Below, in pieces: positions 46,851 through 57,695 of a stretch of DNA of 64,000 bases. Under the pieces are notes generated by a model, which saw only the letters and a list, made by a program, of their open reading frames with translations, was not told the DNA's origin and ran no database searches. How positions within the stretch are numbered: position 1 is the first letter of the stretch; each line of letters starts with the position of its first letter. Made by a program: the position numbers and the translations under genes. This DNA is from a virus: the IMG/VR virus record IMGVR_UViG_3300035670_010029; one strand, written 5' to 3'.

Positions 46851-47503
46851 TATCATATACTATATCTGTATATAATGAAATTCAAGAAATCAGCTCTTTG
46901 TTAGCTCAATTGACTAAAATAATCTCTAAAGAAGATGAAATAGTTGTTGTTCAAACATACCGGGATCAATCAGAAGTAAATACGGAACTTTTTAAGCAAA
47001 TAAAAAATGTAATTATTAGTTACGCAAACACTTATCAAACATTTCATTTTCAACAAAAATTTGCAGACTTAAAAAATTATGTTAATTCTTTGGCTACTAA
47101 AACCTATATAATAAATTTAGATGCCGACGAGATGGTTACGGAACAAACGTTAAGTTTATGGAAAAACGCCATACAATCTCAAAAAGCAGATCTGTATTAT
47201 GTTCCTAGAATTAATATTGTAGACAGCTATACTTTACAAGATATGCAAAAATATCATTGGAATGTTAATAGTAATGGATGGATTAATTGGCCAGATTATC
47301 AACCAAGAATTTTTATTAACAACAATAATCTCAAATGGGCTGGAGATGTGCATGAGACAATGACAGGAGCGCAGCAAGCGATAGTCTTGCCAGCCAACCC
47401 TTCTTGGGCTATGATACATTATAAGCATATTCTTAGACAAAGAGAACAAAATTCGTTATACGAACAAATAAACAGGGAAAAAGACAATGAATCACATTTG
47501 TAA
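46847..47503 (+). CDS. GT2-family glycosyltransferase
   Basis: ISVYNE, NLDADE, WPDYQPRI, VHE. Confidence 0.85.
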   Translation: MISYTISVYNEIQEISSLLAQLTKIISKEDEIVVVQTYRDQSEVNTELFKQIKNVIISYANTYQTFHFQQKFADLKNYVNSLATKTYIINLDADEMVTEQTLSLWKNAIQSQKADLYYVPRINIVDSYTLQDMQKYHWNVNSNGWINWPDYQPRIFINNNNLKWAGDVHETMTGAQQAIVLPANPSWAMIHYKHILRQREQNSLYEQINREKDNESHL

Positions 47504-48059
47504 AAACATACAGGGCTGGTGCAATTTTTATGATCTTTATAACAGCATTATAGATCGACTACCACAAAATTTCTTTTTTGCTGAGGTTGGTGTTTGGAAA
47601 GGACATAGCTTAGCTTATTTCACAGTGGAGTGCATCAACAAAAATAAACAAGGAACAATATACGCTATAGACCATTGGAAAGGATCAGCAGAACATCATA
47701 ATCCATCAGATCCTTCTTATGAGCCCATACTAGCAAATAACCCAGACGGATTGTATCACCATTTTCTGGAGAATATTAAGCCAATACAAGAGTATATTAC
47801 AGTGATGAGACAGTCATCAGAGGAAGCTTCTAAAGTAATTCCTAATGGAAGTCTCGATGCCATATTTATAGATGCTAGTCACGAATATGACGACGTATTA
47901 CACGATTTGTCTTTGTGGATATCTAAAATTAAAAACAATGGCATATTCTGTGGACATGACTACGATTGGCTGAGCGTAAGAACAGCTGTACAAGACTTTG
48001 CAAAAATAAATAATCTAAAAGTGTATCCGACTAGTTCTTCCTGCTGGTTATTAAAATGA
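47487..48059 (+). CDS. class I SAM methyltransferase (Methyltransf_24-like)
   Basis: EVGVWKGHS, AIDHW, FIDASHEY, GHDY. Confidence 0.88.
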   Translation: MNHICKNIQGWCNFYDLYNSIIDRLPQNFFFAEVGVWKGHSLAYFTVECINKNKQGTIYAIDHWKGSAEHHNPSDPSYEPILANNPDGLYHHFLENIKPIQEYITVMRQSSEEASKVIPNGSLDAIFIDASHEYDDVLHDLSLWISKIKNNGIFCGHDYDWLSVRTAVQDFAKINNLKVYPTSSSCWLLK

Positions 48060-48922
48060 AAATTTTATATGTCACAGATTATCGCAAATCATATAGCTGT
48101 GCAGGATTTGTTAATGACTACTTGAATGATTTAGTCTTTTGTGGCTTAACAGAATTAGACTATACAGAAGTTGTTTCGACCATACCTATCGCGCACCTAT
48201 ACACACCCCTTAAGGAAAGTATTGAGCCTAAACTATTGTGGGGCAAAGGCTTTACAGCTTCTTTTTTACTAGATGCTCTGCCACAATATAATACCAAAGA
48301 TATTTTAGACAAAATCAACAATAAGTATTTTGACTATGTGGTCTACGGTTCTGTACACAGATGTTTGGATGGATATCAAGATTTGTGTAGAATTTATGGT
48401 AAATCTAGAATTATTTTGGTGGATGGAGAAGACAGCACCACTATGCACCCACTACACACAGACCACCTTTACTTTAAAAGAGAATTAATTGATACCAGAT
48501 ATGGTATACCCATACATTTTGCTATTCCCGAAAAGAAAATCAACAAAACTGCTCAACCCAAAACACAGTTTTTTGCAACCGTGATACCTCACCGGTCCGA
48601 AACATATATTTTTAATGATGAAGACAGTTACTATAATGACTATAATATTTCTTATTTTGGTCTAACACAGAAAAAAGCGGGCTGGGACTGCATGAGACAT
48701 TATGAAATTTTAGGAAATAACTGTGTTCCATTGTTTATCGATATCCAAAATTGTCCCCCAAGATGCCTCACTAATCTACCCAAAAATCTTTTAATAGAAG
48801 CAAATAATCTTATTAATAATATGGGTCATTATAATAATATTCAAAAAGAATTAAGTATTTTTACCAGAAATCATTTAACTACAAAAAAATTAGCAGAATA
48901 TTTGATATCTTTTTGGGTATAA
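48056..48922 (+). CDS. glycosyltransferase-like protein
   Basis: DGED, YFKREL, KKAGWDCMRHYEI. Confidence 0.65.
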   Translation: MKILYVTDYRKSYSCAGFVNDYLNDLVFCGLTELDYTEVVSTIPIAHLYTPLKESIEPKLLWGKGFTASFLLDALPQYNTKDILDKINNKYFDYVVYGSVHRCLDGYQDLCRIYGKSRIILVDGEDSTTMHPLHTDHLYFKRELIDTRYGIPIHFAIPEKKINKTAQPKTQFFATVIPHRSETYIFNDEDSYYNDYNISYFGLTQKKAGWDCMRHYEILGNNCVPLFIDIQNCPPRCLTNLPKNLLIEANNLINNMGHYNNIQKELSIFTRNHLTTKKLAEYLISFWV

Positions 48923-48928
48923 TAATGT

Positions 48929-49519
48929 ATGAATTATGATTTTATCGAAACAGAATATAAGTATTCGTGCGACCATGTCCCTCTGCAAATGTTTAGGGAT
49001 ACTATAGAAAATATATTTGTACATCAAGACTATAAATTTGCTTATATTAGTTCTGTTGATTGCTATTATTACAATTCACAGTATAAAGATACTTTTATAA
49101 GAGCAAGACTACCTGACGAAAGAGACGTTTTATCTAGCTGTGAACTAACACTCAAACAAAAAATTAATCCAGATATTGTATCTAGAACAGAAGTTAATAT
49201 TCCTTTAGACAAAAATGATTACGATCAAAAATCTATAGACCATTTTTTGCATCATCTTGGTTTTCTTTTTCAGTTTTCTTTATACAAGAAATGCTGGATT
49301 TATTATCTTACTGATATGGAGATTGTATTATATGACATATCTCAGGATCAAATCCATTATAAAAGATTCCTAGAAATAGAAACCAAAACCCCAGATAGTT
49401 TAATACTTGACACAAAAGAAATTCAAAAATTATTACAAAATCTAAGCATAGATAGTAAAACTGACAGATTGGACTCTTCTCAATTCGAAATGTTCTTTCG
49501 TTCAAAGGATCAATCATAG
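48929..49519 (+). CDS. CYTH (triphosphate tunnel) domain protein
   Basis: ETEYKY, DCYY, IRAR, LTLK, FLEIE. Confidence 0.75.
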   Translation: MNYDFIETEYKYSCDHVPLQMFRDTIENIFVHQDYKFAYISSVDCYYYNSQYKDTFIRARLPDERDVLSSCELTLKQKINPDIVSRTEVNIPLDKNDYDQKSIDHFLHHLGFLFQFSLYKKCWIYYLTDMEIVLYDISQDQIHYKRFLEIETKTPDSLILDTKEIQKLLQNLSIDSKTDRLDSSQFEMFFRSKDQS

Positions 49520-50220
49520 TGTTACATGTATTTTATAGGATTAGTGACACAGGATACCACAAAGAAAAACCCCCTTATATTAATAATGAGCAATGTCTTA
49601 GAAACTTTGTAAAGGTATTTGACAAAGACATCAACTGTACCATTATTGCAGATAATATTTCAGAACTTACGCTATCAATGATAGAAGAGGTTTTTCCAAA
49701 TGCAACTGTCAAACCGGTTAATGTTGGACATGGAGCCGGCACATTCAATATAGCTCTTGATATAGCTCTAAAATTACAAAATAATCAAGACATAGTTTAT
49801 TTTTTAGAAAACGACTATATTCATCGACCATCCGCACAGCAAATTTTACTAGAAGGTTTTGATCTTAATCCTTCTTTTGTGACTCTATATGACCATCCAG
49901 ATAAATATATGGATCCTGCTCATGGGGGCAACCCTTTTTGCGCAGGAGGTGCTGAGTATACTAAAGTTTATTTAACGAAGTCCTGCCACTGGAAAATTAC
50001 CAACAGTACTACGATGACATTTGCTAGCAGAGTACAGACTCTTAAAGAAACACAAAGCACCATAAGAAAGTGGACACAACAGTCACACCCCCATGATTTT
50101 CAAATGTTTTTGGATCTTAGAGAACAAAATCATCATCTCATATCTTCAATTCCCGGATATGCTACACATGGCGAAACCAAATGGCTTGCTCCACTCTTTG
50201 AATGGGAGTCACATGTATGA
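49519..50220 (+). CDS. GT-A glycosyltransferase-like protein
   Basis: IIADN, VYFLENDYIH. Confidence 0.65.
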   Translation: MLHVFYRISDTGYHKEKPPYINNEQCLRNFVKVFDKDINCTIIADNISELTLSMIEEVFPNATVKPVNVGHGAGTFNIALDIALKLQNNQDIVYFLENDYIHRPSAQQILLEGFDLNPSFVTLYDHPDKYMDPAHGGNPFCAGGAEYTKVYLTKSCHWKITNSTTMTFASRVQTLKETQSTIRKWTQQSHPHDFQMFLDLREQNHHLISSIPGYATHGETKWLAPLFEWESHV

Positions 50221-51032
50221 AATGGTTAAATTGGGCCAAGCAACCCGAAAACAGTATTGCTTACGTAGATATAGAGGAAAATATGTCTCATAATCACTTA
50301 ATATGTCATATTCATTGCATAGAACACGAAAAAACATACTATACAATAGAACAAATACATAAACATATTGATATTTTTGATGGACATAAAATCATAACCG
50401 TTTCTAGTGAACAAGAGCCCATTTCCCAGTCTGCTTCTTTTATGAAGCTCATTTCTGTTTTATCTCCAAAACCAGACACAATAATCATCCCTACTGCCAA
50501 TAATCTAGAAAGAAGAGAGTCTATACATTTTTTTAATAAAGCAGCCCCGCTACTTAAAACTATTTTAAAATATCATCCGACATATTCTAAAAATAATAAC
50601 TATGTATTTTATGCTCACAGCAAAGGTGTAACACACACAGAAAAAAACTATGCGATTACAGCATGGGTAAATACGCTATGGAAGTATAATATATGGTGTT
50701 ATCATGATATGATTAAGCCATTATTAAAATCATATAAATTTATAGGCTGTTTAAAGACATCCAAACAACATGGAATAAAGTGTTCTTGTCATTATCAAGG
50801 CACATTTTTTTGGTTCGATGCCAAAATTCTAAACGATGATAAATTATGGTACCAAAACCATAACCATGTTTTGTCATTAGAAATGTGGCCAGGAATAGTA
50901 GCATCATCAGAAGAGTGTTTTTCTGTTTTCGATTTGCCTGATGGTGATCTATACAAAAAAGACTATTGGTATAACCATTACTTTACAGGAAAGATAGACA
51001 AACCTCATACTGCTTCTTATTATAAAACATAG
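50217..51032 (+). CDS. glycan-related hypothetical protein
   Basis: FYAHSKGV, HYQGTFFW; cluster context. Confidence 0.6.
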   Translation: MKWLNWAKQPENSIAYVDIEENMSHNHLICHIHCIEHEKTYYTIEQIHKHIDIFDGHKIITVSSEQEPISQSASFMKLISVLSPKPDTIIIPTANNLERRESIHFFNKAAPLLKTILKYHPTYSKNNNYVFYAHSKGVTHTEKNYAITAWVNTLWKYNIWCYHDMIKPLLKSYKFIGCLKTSKQHGIKCSCHYQGTFFWFDAKILNDDKLWYQNHNHVLSLEMWPGIVASSEECFSVFDLPDGDLYKKDYWYNHYFTGKIDKPHTASYYKT

Positions 51033-51064
51033 TCACACTGAAACCTAGGCATTTCCAGTCTTTC

Positions 51065-51883
51065 ATGATCTCAACCATAGTACCATCATACAAAAATCCA
51101 AAATGTCTAGAAATATGTATTAGATCATTTATAGATACTCTATATTATTCATCTAATGAATTGATATGTGTTATAGATGGCCATATTCAACTATATGAGT
51201 CTCTTATAAATAAATATCAACCACATAATAATATTCATTTTATATTGAACGAAAATAATCAGGGAATGCCATTTTCTATCAATAATGGAGTTTATTATGC
51301 TAGCTCACAATGGATACTAATTATAAATGACGATAATGTTTTTCCTATGTCATGGGACTCGACACTGTATAAATATAGATCTTCGGACTTAGTTATCTCT
51401 CCTAATCAAATAGAAAAACACCCAAGTATATTTAATTTTATTCAACATGATTTTGGTGATGTAAATAACTTTAGATATGATGAGTTTTTAAAAGCCGAAC
51501 CGTCTTTTAGGCAATCAGGACTGTCTAACGATGGAGAAATTTTTCCGTTCTTTATGAGCAAAAAATTGTTTATGGCTGTTGGTGGTTTTGATTTAATATA
51601 CCCATCTCCATTTGTGTGTGACTGGGATTTTTTCTTAAAATTAGAGTTATTGAATACCAAATTCTCTAGAACTCGTGATATTAACTTTTATCATTTTGGT
51701 AGTGTGGCAACTAAAAAATCTAAAGACAGAACAGATGCCGATAAATTTTCTAATAGCGAAATAATTGCTTCTCAAGTATTTTACAAAAAATGGGGGTTTC
51801 AGCCTCATATTAGCAGGCCATCTAATTCTCATAAGCCAGCACATATTAATGCTCTGAAAGGGATAGTTTTTTATGACACATAA
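51065..51883 (+). CDS. GT2-family glycosyltransferase
   Basis: IVPSY, INDDN, VGGFD, DWDF. Confidence 0.88.
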   Translation: MISTIVPSYKNPKCLEICIRSFIDTLYYSSNELICVIDGHIQLYESLINKYQPHNNIHFILNENNQGMPFSINNGVYYASSQWILIINDDNVFPMSWDSTLYKYRSSDLVISPNQIEKHPSIFNFIQHDFGDVNNFRYDEFLKAEPSFRQSGLSNDGEIFPFFMSKKLFMAVGGFDLIYPSPFVCDWDFFLKLELLNTKFSRTRDINFYHFGSVATKKSKDRTDADKFSNSEIIASQVFYKKWGFQPHISRPSNSHKPAHINALKGIVFYDT

Positions 51884-52877
51884 GATTCTTATAACAGGAA
51901 ATGCGGGTTTGCTCGGTTCGAACCTGTCAGACTATATTACTCTACAATATCCAGACAAATATACTTTATATGGTATAGACGACCTTAGTGGTGGATATAC
52001 AGAAAATATTAATTCTAAAACTCAATTTTATCCAATCAATATACTAGACAATAATTTTGATAATATATTTGCAGATATTTCCCCTGATTATGTATTTCAC
52101 CTAGCAGCATATGCTGCAGAAGGATTGAGTCCATTTATACGTAGATATAACTATGAAAACAACCTAGTTTGTACTGCTAAGATTATTAACAATTGTATTA
52201 AGCATAATGTTAAAAGATTAGTTTTTACGTCTTCTATGGCCGTGTATGGAAACAATACTGTTCCATTTGACGAAAGCATGACGCCCAAGCCCATAGATCC
52301 CTACGGTATTGCAAAGTATGGGTGCGAAATGGATATTCAAATCGCCGGAGAACAACACGGATTGGATTGGTGCATCATCAGACCTCATAATGTATATGGA
52401 AGAAAACAGAATATTTGGGACAAGTATCGCAATGTTTTAGGAATATGGATGTACCAGCATCTTAACAAAAAACCTCTTACTATTTTCGGTGACGGCGAAC
52501 AAAAAAGAGCTTTTAGTTATATTGATGACAGCGTTGGTCCGCTATTTCGTGCTGCAATAGAACCAACAGCATCCAAACAAATTATCAATTTGGGAGGGAT
52601 TACAGATTGTACAATTAACGAAGCTGCTGATACGCTGTTAGATGTAATAGGAGATGGTCAAAAGGTTTATTTAGAGGGTAGACATGAGGTTAAGTATGCT
52701 TTCTCAACATATCAAAAATCTGTAGATATTTTAAAGTTTGATCATAAAACTTCTTTGAAAAACGGATTAACAGATATGTGGGCGTGGGCACAAACACAAC
52801 CCAATAGATCACAATTTATCTGGAATAGTTACGAACTAGAGAAAGGACTATATTCATTTTGGAACACAACCAAGTAA
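51873..52877 (+). CDS. NAD-dependent nucleotide-sugar epimerase/dehydratase
   Basis: TGNAGLLG, HLAA, TSSMAVYG, YGIAK, NVYG. Confidence 0.92.
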   Translation: MTHKILITGNAGLLGSNLSDYITLQYPDKYTLYGIDDLSGGYTENINSKTQFYPINILDNNFDNIFADISPDYVFHLAAYAAEGLSPFIRRYNYENNLVCTAKIINNCIKHNVKRLVFTSSMAVYGNNTVPFDESMTPKPIDPYGIAKYGCEMDIQIAGEQHGLDWCIIRPHNVYGRKQNIWDKYRNVLGIWMYQHLNKKPLTIFGDGEQKRAFSYIDDSVGPLFRAAIEPTASKQIINLGGITDCTINEAADTLLDVIGDGQKVYLEGRHEVKYAFSTYQKSVDILKFDHKTSLKNGLTDMWAWAQTQPNRSQFIWNSYELEKGLYSFWNTTK

Positions 52878-53692
52878 GTCTAAAGCAGATAGCGTCTGAG
52901 TCTGTTTATGCGTCTGTAGGAACATTTACTTCTACACAATCCCTAGATATATTATGCGCATATCTAAAACACAATAAGCCATTTTTAGATCATTTCAAAG
53001 ACATTATTTTCTCTGTTAATGGTGAACAATCTATCATAGATCAAATTCAGTCCAAAGTTAAACAGATTCTTAATGCAACAATACATATTGTGGTTTCAGA
53101 GAATCTTGGACATACTTTTGGTACTTTTTTATCTGACTATAAAATATTCGAATATTCTTCACAATTGCCATATAACTATGTTTGGAAATTTTCTAATGAT
53201 GTATTAGTAGACATAGAAATATTAGATAAAATAGTAACTAAAGACGTTGGTTTTTATTACGTAAACAACATAGGATATAATGTATTTAATACATATTCAA
53301 AAGAAGAACTACCAAATGTACTACTAAATCAACAATTTTACTATCCTCAAACAAATTACTACATTATTAAAAATAATATTCAGTTTTTGCCCGACGAAAA
53401 CACTATAATACAGCTTAGGAATAAATATCAAGAAATTCAAAGAACCCAACCTAATATACAACCGTGGCACGCTATAGAGGGTTGTGATTGCGAACACATG
53501 CTTGCTAAAACTGTCGAAGCTAATAATTTATCAAAAGAATACCTTTTATCCGAATATAGCACCAATGCTATAGTAGATTTTATTCACAGTGAAAAAATTC
53601 ATGATGGCAGCCATAAAAATATAGCATATGCAGAGTTGGGTAATCTATGTCATTATCATTATTTAGGACACCCCGTAGCGGTGCTAGGATAG
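52859..53692 (+). CDS. hypothetical protein, possibly GT-A
   Basis: ENLGH, WKFSNDV; cluster context. Confidence 0.6.
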   Translation: MEHNQVSLKQIASESVYASVGTFTSTQSLDILCAYLKHNKPFLDHFKDIIFSVNGEQSIIDQIQSKVKQILNATIHIVVSENLGHTFGTFLSDYKIFEYSSQLPYNYVWKFSNDVLVDIEILDKIVTKDVGFYYVNNIGYNVFNTYSKEELPNVLLNQQFYYPQTNYYIIKNNIQFLPDENTIIQLRNKYQEIQRTQPNIQPWHAIEGCDCEHMLAKTVEANNLSKEYLLSEYSTNAIVDFIHSEKIHDGSHKNIAYAELGNLCHYHYLGHPVAVLG

Positions 53693-53736
53693 CTTTTTCT
53701 ATCTTGACCATTCTCAGCATACTGCTATCATATCGC

Positions 53737-54204
53737 ATGAGACCTTCATGGACAGACTATTTTCTCGGGTTGGCTAAAGTTGTTTCTCAACGAAGTCACG
53801 ATATACATACGCAACACGGGTGTGTTATTACAGACCAAAACCACAGAATATTGGGAGTGGGTTATAACGGTTTTCCAAAAAATATGGATGACACACTACT
53901 GCCCACTAGTCGTCCCGACAAATACTATTGGATGATACACTCTGAAAGAAATGCTTTGTCTAATTGTGTTATCAGACCAGACAACGGAATAGCATATGTT
54001 ACCGGTCAATGCTGCAATGATTGTATCATGGCTTTATGGCAGGAAGGCATCAAAACCGTTTACATGATAGATGATCATGGAACCCGTCTTTTTGATGAAG
54101 AAGCAAAAAAAAGATTTGATCTATTTGTCAAAACTTCAGGAATGGAAATTTACAAAGTCTCACCAGACTTCTCTTGGATCAAAAAATTGTGTGGTGTACT
54201 ATGA
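53737..54204 (+). CDS. dCMP deaminase
   Basis: RPSWTDYF, GYNGFP, HSERNA, CNDC; start 53737 close after TTGACC-16 nt-TATCAT. Confidence 0.9.
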   Translation: MRPSWTDYFLGLAKVVSQRSHDIHTQHGCVITDQNHRILGVGYNGFPKNMDDTLLPTSRPDKYYWMIHSERNALSNCVIRPDNGIAYVTGQCCNDCIMALWQEGIKTVYMIDDHGTRLFDEEAKKRFDLFVKTSGMEIYKVSPDFSWIKKLCGVL

Positions 54205-54255
54205 GTTATCTTTTATTTTCAGTGTCGCATATATTATTATAATTTAGGAGACCAA

Positions 54256-56451
54256 ATGTCAGCTCTACAAGAATTACAGAATTATACCTTTGTTAGTAAG
54301 TATGCTCGCTGGATAGAATCAGAAAATCGTAGAGAGACATGGAAAGAAGCAGTAGAACGCGTCAAAGATATGATGCACACAAAGTATGCCGATTGCAATA
54401 TAACAGAAGATATAAATTGGGCATACGATATGATGTATAAGAAAAAAGTACTAGGAAGTCAACGAGCCTTGCAATTCGGGGGCGATCCTATATTAAAAAG
54501 AAATGCAAAAATTTATAATTGTACTGCTAGTTATTGTGATCGATTAAGATTTTTTCAAGAATGTTTTTGGTTATTATTATGTGGTAGTGGAACAGGGTTC
54601 AGCGTACAAAAACACCATGTTGCTAAATTACCAGCTCTTTCTCAAGAGCCAAAATCCGAAAACGGCAGAAAATATGTTATTGAAGATAGCATAGAAGGAT
54701 GGGCCGATGCTTTGGGTGTTTTATTAAGCTCATACTTTGTAAAACCAGCTGAAGATAAATTTAAGGAATATAAGGATCAATATGTGGTTTTCGATTATTC
54801 GAATATTAGACCCAAAGGTTCTCCTCTTACATCTGGTGTGGGTAAAGCCCCAGGATTTGAGCCTCTCCAAAATGGTCTCGAAAAAATACGAACTCTTCTT
54901 GATAGATGTGTAGCCAATGGACAAAAAAAACTTAGACCGATTGATGCTTACGATATTATTATGCACAGTAGCGATGCCGTGCTATCTGGTGGCGTTCGAA
55001 GGAGTGCGTCATTAGCATTATTTAGTGCCGATGACGAAGAGATGGCAAAAGCCAAGACAGGCAATTGGTATATAGAAAATCCACAAAGAGCAAGAAGCAA
55101 TAATTCGGCACTTTTGCTAAAAAGCGAAACAACATTCGAAGAGTTCCAAACACTGATGGAAAGTGTAAAAGAGTTTGGAGAACCAGGATTTATATGGAGC
55201 GATTCTACAGAAATGGTTTTTAATCCTTGTGTAGAAATTTCTTTGTGGCCAGTTAATGAAAAAAACGGAAAGTCAGGTTTTCAAGGCTGTAATCTATCAA
55301 CTATTAATTGTTCCTCCATAGTTGATGAAAACGATTTTTATGAACGATGCAAAGCAGCTGCATTGATAGGTACTCTACAAGCAGGATTTACTAGGCTAGA
55401 ATATCTGGGAAAAGATAGCGAGGAAATATTTGAAAGAGAAGCTTTGCTAGGTGTTTCGATGACAGGCATCATGGAAAAGCATGACCTAATATTAACCGAA
55501 AAAGTATTAAAGCAGGGTGCCAAAATTGCTGTCGAAACAAATAAAGAAATGGCCAAAAAAATAGGTATTAATCAGGCAGCAAGAGTAACGTGTCTCAAAC
55601 CAGAAGGCACTAGTAGTAGTATGCTTGGTACCAGCTCGGGCATTCATCCCCACCATGCTAAACGCTATATAAGACACGTACAGGCCAATGTTTTAGAGGC
55701 CCCATACCAACACTTTAAAAATTATAACCCGCAAGCCTGCGAGAGATCCTCATGGTCTGCAAACAATACAGATGAAGTTATAAAATTTCCAATAGAAGTT
55801 CCAGACGGGGCCAAATTAAAGAATCAATTACCAGCAGTTGAAATGTTGTCTATTGTCAAAGACACACAGAAAAATTGGGTCCATTCTGGTAAAAACCGAT
55901 CATTATGTACACAAGAGTATTTAAGCCATAATGTTAGCAATACTATTACAGTGAAACCAGACGAATGGGATGATGTCACAAAATACATTTATGATAACCG
56001 TAAATATTTTGCTGGCATTAGTCTTATTCCACAAAGCGGAGATAAGGATTATCCTCAAGCCCCTTTTACTACGGTTTATACCAGCAGAGAAATTGTAAAA
56101 GAATACGGAGATGCTGCTTTATGGTGCTCCGGACTAATAGAATTAGGCCTAAATGCTTTCAATAATAATTTATGGGCAGCATGTGACTATGTTAGTATGA
56201 ATCAGGCCAAAGAAGATGATAGCGAAGCTAAGCTTAAATTTACAACCAAAATGAAGAATTTTGCTGGAAAATATTTTGAAGGAGATGTTAGACGCTTGAC
56301 ATATTGCATGAAAGATGTTTATAATTGGAAGGTCTATTGTGATTTATACAATAGTTTCAAAAAGGTTGACTATACACAACTTCTAGAAACAGAAGATAAT
56401 ACCGCCGGTATTGAAGAAATTAGTTGCGCAGGAGGAGCTTGCTTACTGTGA
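54256..56451 (+). CDS. nrdJ: class II (adenosylcobalamin) ribonucleotide reductase
   Basis: YNC, GGVRRSA, NPCVEI, CNL, KPEGT, C-terminal CAGGAC. Confidence 0.92.
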   Translation: MSALQELQNYTFVSKYARWIESENRRETWKEAVERVKDMMHTKYADCNITEDINWAYDMMYKKKVLGSQRALQFGGDPILKRNAKIYNCTASYCDRLRFFQECFWLLLCGSGTGFSVQKHHVAKLPALSQEPKSENGRKYVIEDSIEGWADALGVLLSSYFVKPAEDKFKEYKDQYVVFDYSNIRPKGSPLTSGVGKAPGFEPLQNGLEKIRTLLDRCVANGQKKLRPIDAYDIIMHSSDAVLSGGVRRSASLALFSADDEEMAKAKTGNWYIENPQRARSNNSALLLKSETTFEEFQTLMESVKEFGEPGFIWSDSTEMVFNPCVEISLWPVNEKNGKSGFQGCNLSTINCSSIVDENDFYERCKAAALIGTLQAGFTRLEYLGKDSEEIFEREALLGVSMTGIMEKHDLILTEKVLKQGAKIAVETNKEMAKKIGINQAARVTCLKPEGTSSSMLGTSSGIHPHHAKRYIRHVQANVLEAPYQHFKNYNPQACERSSWSANNTDEVIKFPIEVPDGAKLKNQLPAVEMLSIVKDTQKNWVHSGKNRSLCTQEYLSHNVSNTITVKPDEWDDVTKYIYDNRKYFAGISLIPQSGDKDYPQAPFTTVYTSREIVKEYGDAALWCSGLIELGLNAFNNNLWAACDYVSMNQAKEDDSEAKLKFTTKMKNFAGKYFEGDVRRLTYCMKDVYNWKVYCDLYNSFKKVDYTQLLETEDNTAGIEEISCAGGACLL

Positions 56452-56900
56452 ATACAAATACTGTAAAAAAAACACCAGTCATAAAATATAATCTACTTCA
56501 TGATAATGCTATTCCACCAAAAAGAAATCATGAAACAGATGCTGGTGCCGATCTTTATTCTTTAGAATCAGTGGTTATACCTCCTCTTGGTAGAAGTTTG
56601 ATAAAAACAGGTATATCATTACAGATACCAGAAGGATGGTATGGCAGAATTGCTCCTAGGTCTGGTCTTGCTGCGAAGTACGGCATAGATGTCTTAGCTG
56701 GTGTTATAGATAGTTCTTATAGAGGAGAAATTTGCGTGGTATTACATAATACTGATCCTTATGAAAGTTTTCATGTAAAAGCTTCTCAAAGGATAGCTCA
56801 AATCATAATAGAAAAACATTACAACTTTCATTTTAAGGAAACCTCAATTTTAGAAGACTCCAAAAGATCTAATAATGGTTTTGGGTCTAGTGGACTATAA
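56448..56900 (+). CDS. dut: trimeric dUTPase
   Basis: AGADL, RSGLA, GVIDSSYRGE, RIAQ, GFGSSG. Confidence 0.95.
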   Translation: MNTNTVKKTPVIKYNLLHDNAIPPKRNHETDAGADLYSLESVVIPPLGRSLIKTGISLQIPEGWYGRIAPRSGLAAKYGIDVLAGVIDSSYRGEICVVLHNTDPYESFHVKASQRIAQIIIEKHYNFHFKETSILEDSKRSNNGFGSSGL

Positions 56901-56972
56901 TAATAATACTATTATAATGGTGTATTATTAAGTACGATTGGTACTTTTTACTCTCCTTATAAAGGGCTAAAG

Positions 56973-57695
56973 TTGAGAAAAAACACAAATAAAAATCAAA
57001 AGAAAACTAAAAATGCCAACAATCCTCCAGAAAATCAACCACAAGCTTATCTTAATACGTTAAAACCAAGATCGATTAATCAGCGAGACTATATTAGAAC
57101 CATAGTCGAAAATCACATCACGTTTTGTCAAGGTGTTGCTGGTTCAGGGAAGAGTCATATCGCTATAGGTATGGCTATTGCTTATCTGTTTGAGGGTAAA
57201 GTTGATAAAATTATTATTACAAGACCTGTGGTTGAGTCGGGAGAAAGATTAGGATATTTGCCGGGAACAGCAGAAGAAAAATTACATCCTTATTTACTGC
57301 CATTATTAGATGAAGTAAATCATTTTATTTCTAATGGGCAATATAATACTCTAAAAAGAAATAATAAAATAGAGATAGTTCCATTAGGACTAATGAGAGG
57401 ACGTAATTTTCATAAATGTTTTATTGTTGCAGACGAATGTCAGAATGCTTCGTATGATCAACTTAAAATGCTTTTAACCAGAATAGGACAAGATAGCAAA
57501 ATGGTTTTGACCGGAGATGTCAGTCAATCAGATTTGCATAGACATATGCAGGGAGGGTTCTATAATATTATGAAGGCCCTGTCTGATTTGTCTGGTGTTG
57601 GAGTCTCAGAACTCGACGCATCAGATATAGTAAGACATCCTATAATTGCAGAAATTATAAGACGATTAGAATTCTTCGAAAATAATGAAAAATGA
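56973..57695 (+). CDS. phoH: PhoH-family ATPase
   Basis: GVAGSGKS, LGYLPG, MRGRNF, DECQN, GDVSQSD, VRHP. Confidence 0.95.
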   Translation: MRKNTNKNQKKTKNANNPPENQPQAYLNTLKPRSINQRDYIRTIVENHITFCQGVAGSGKSHIAIGMAIAYLFEGKVDKIIITRPVVESGERLGYLPGTAEEKLHPYLLPLLDEVNHFISNGQYNTLKRNNKIEIVPLGLMRGRNFHKCFIVADECQNASYDQLKMLLTRIGQDSKMVLTGDVSQSDLHRHMQGGFYNIMKALSDLSGVGVSELDASDIVRHPIIAEIIRRLEFFENNEK

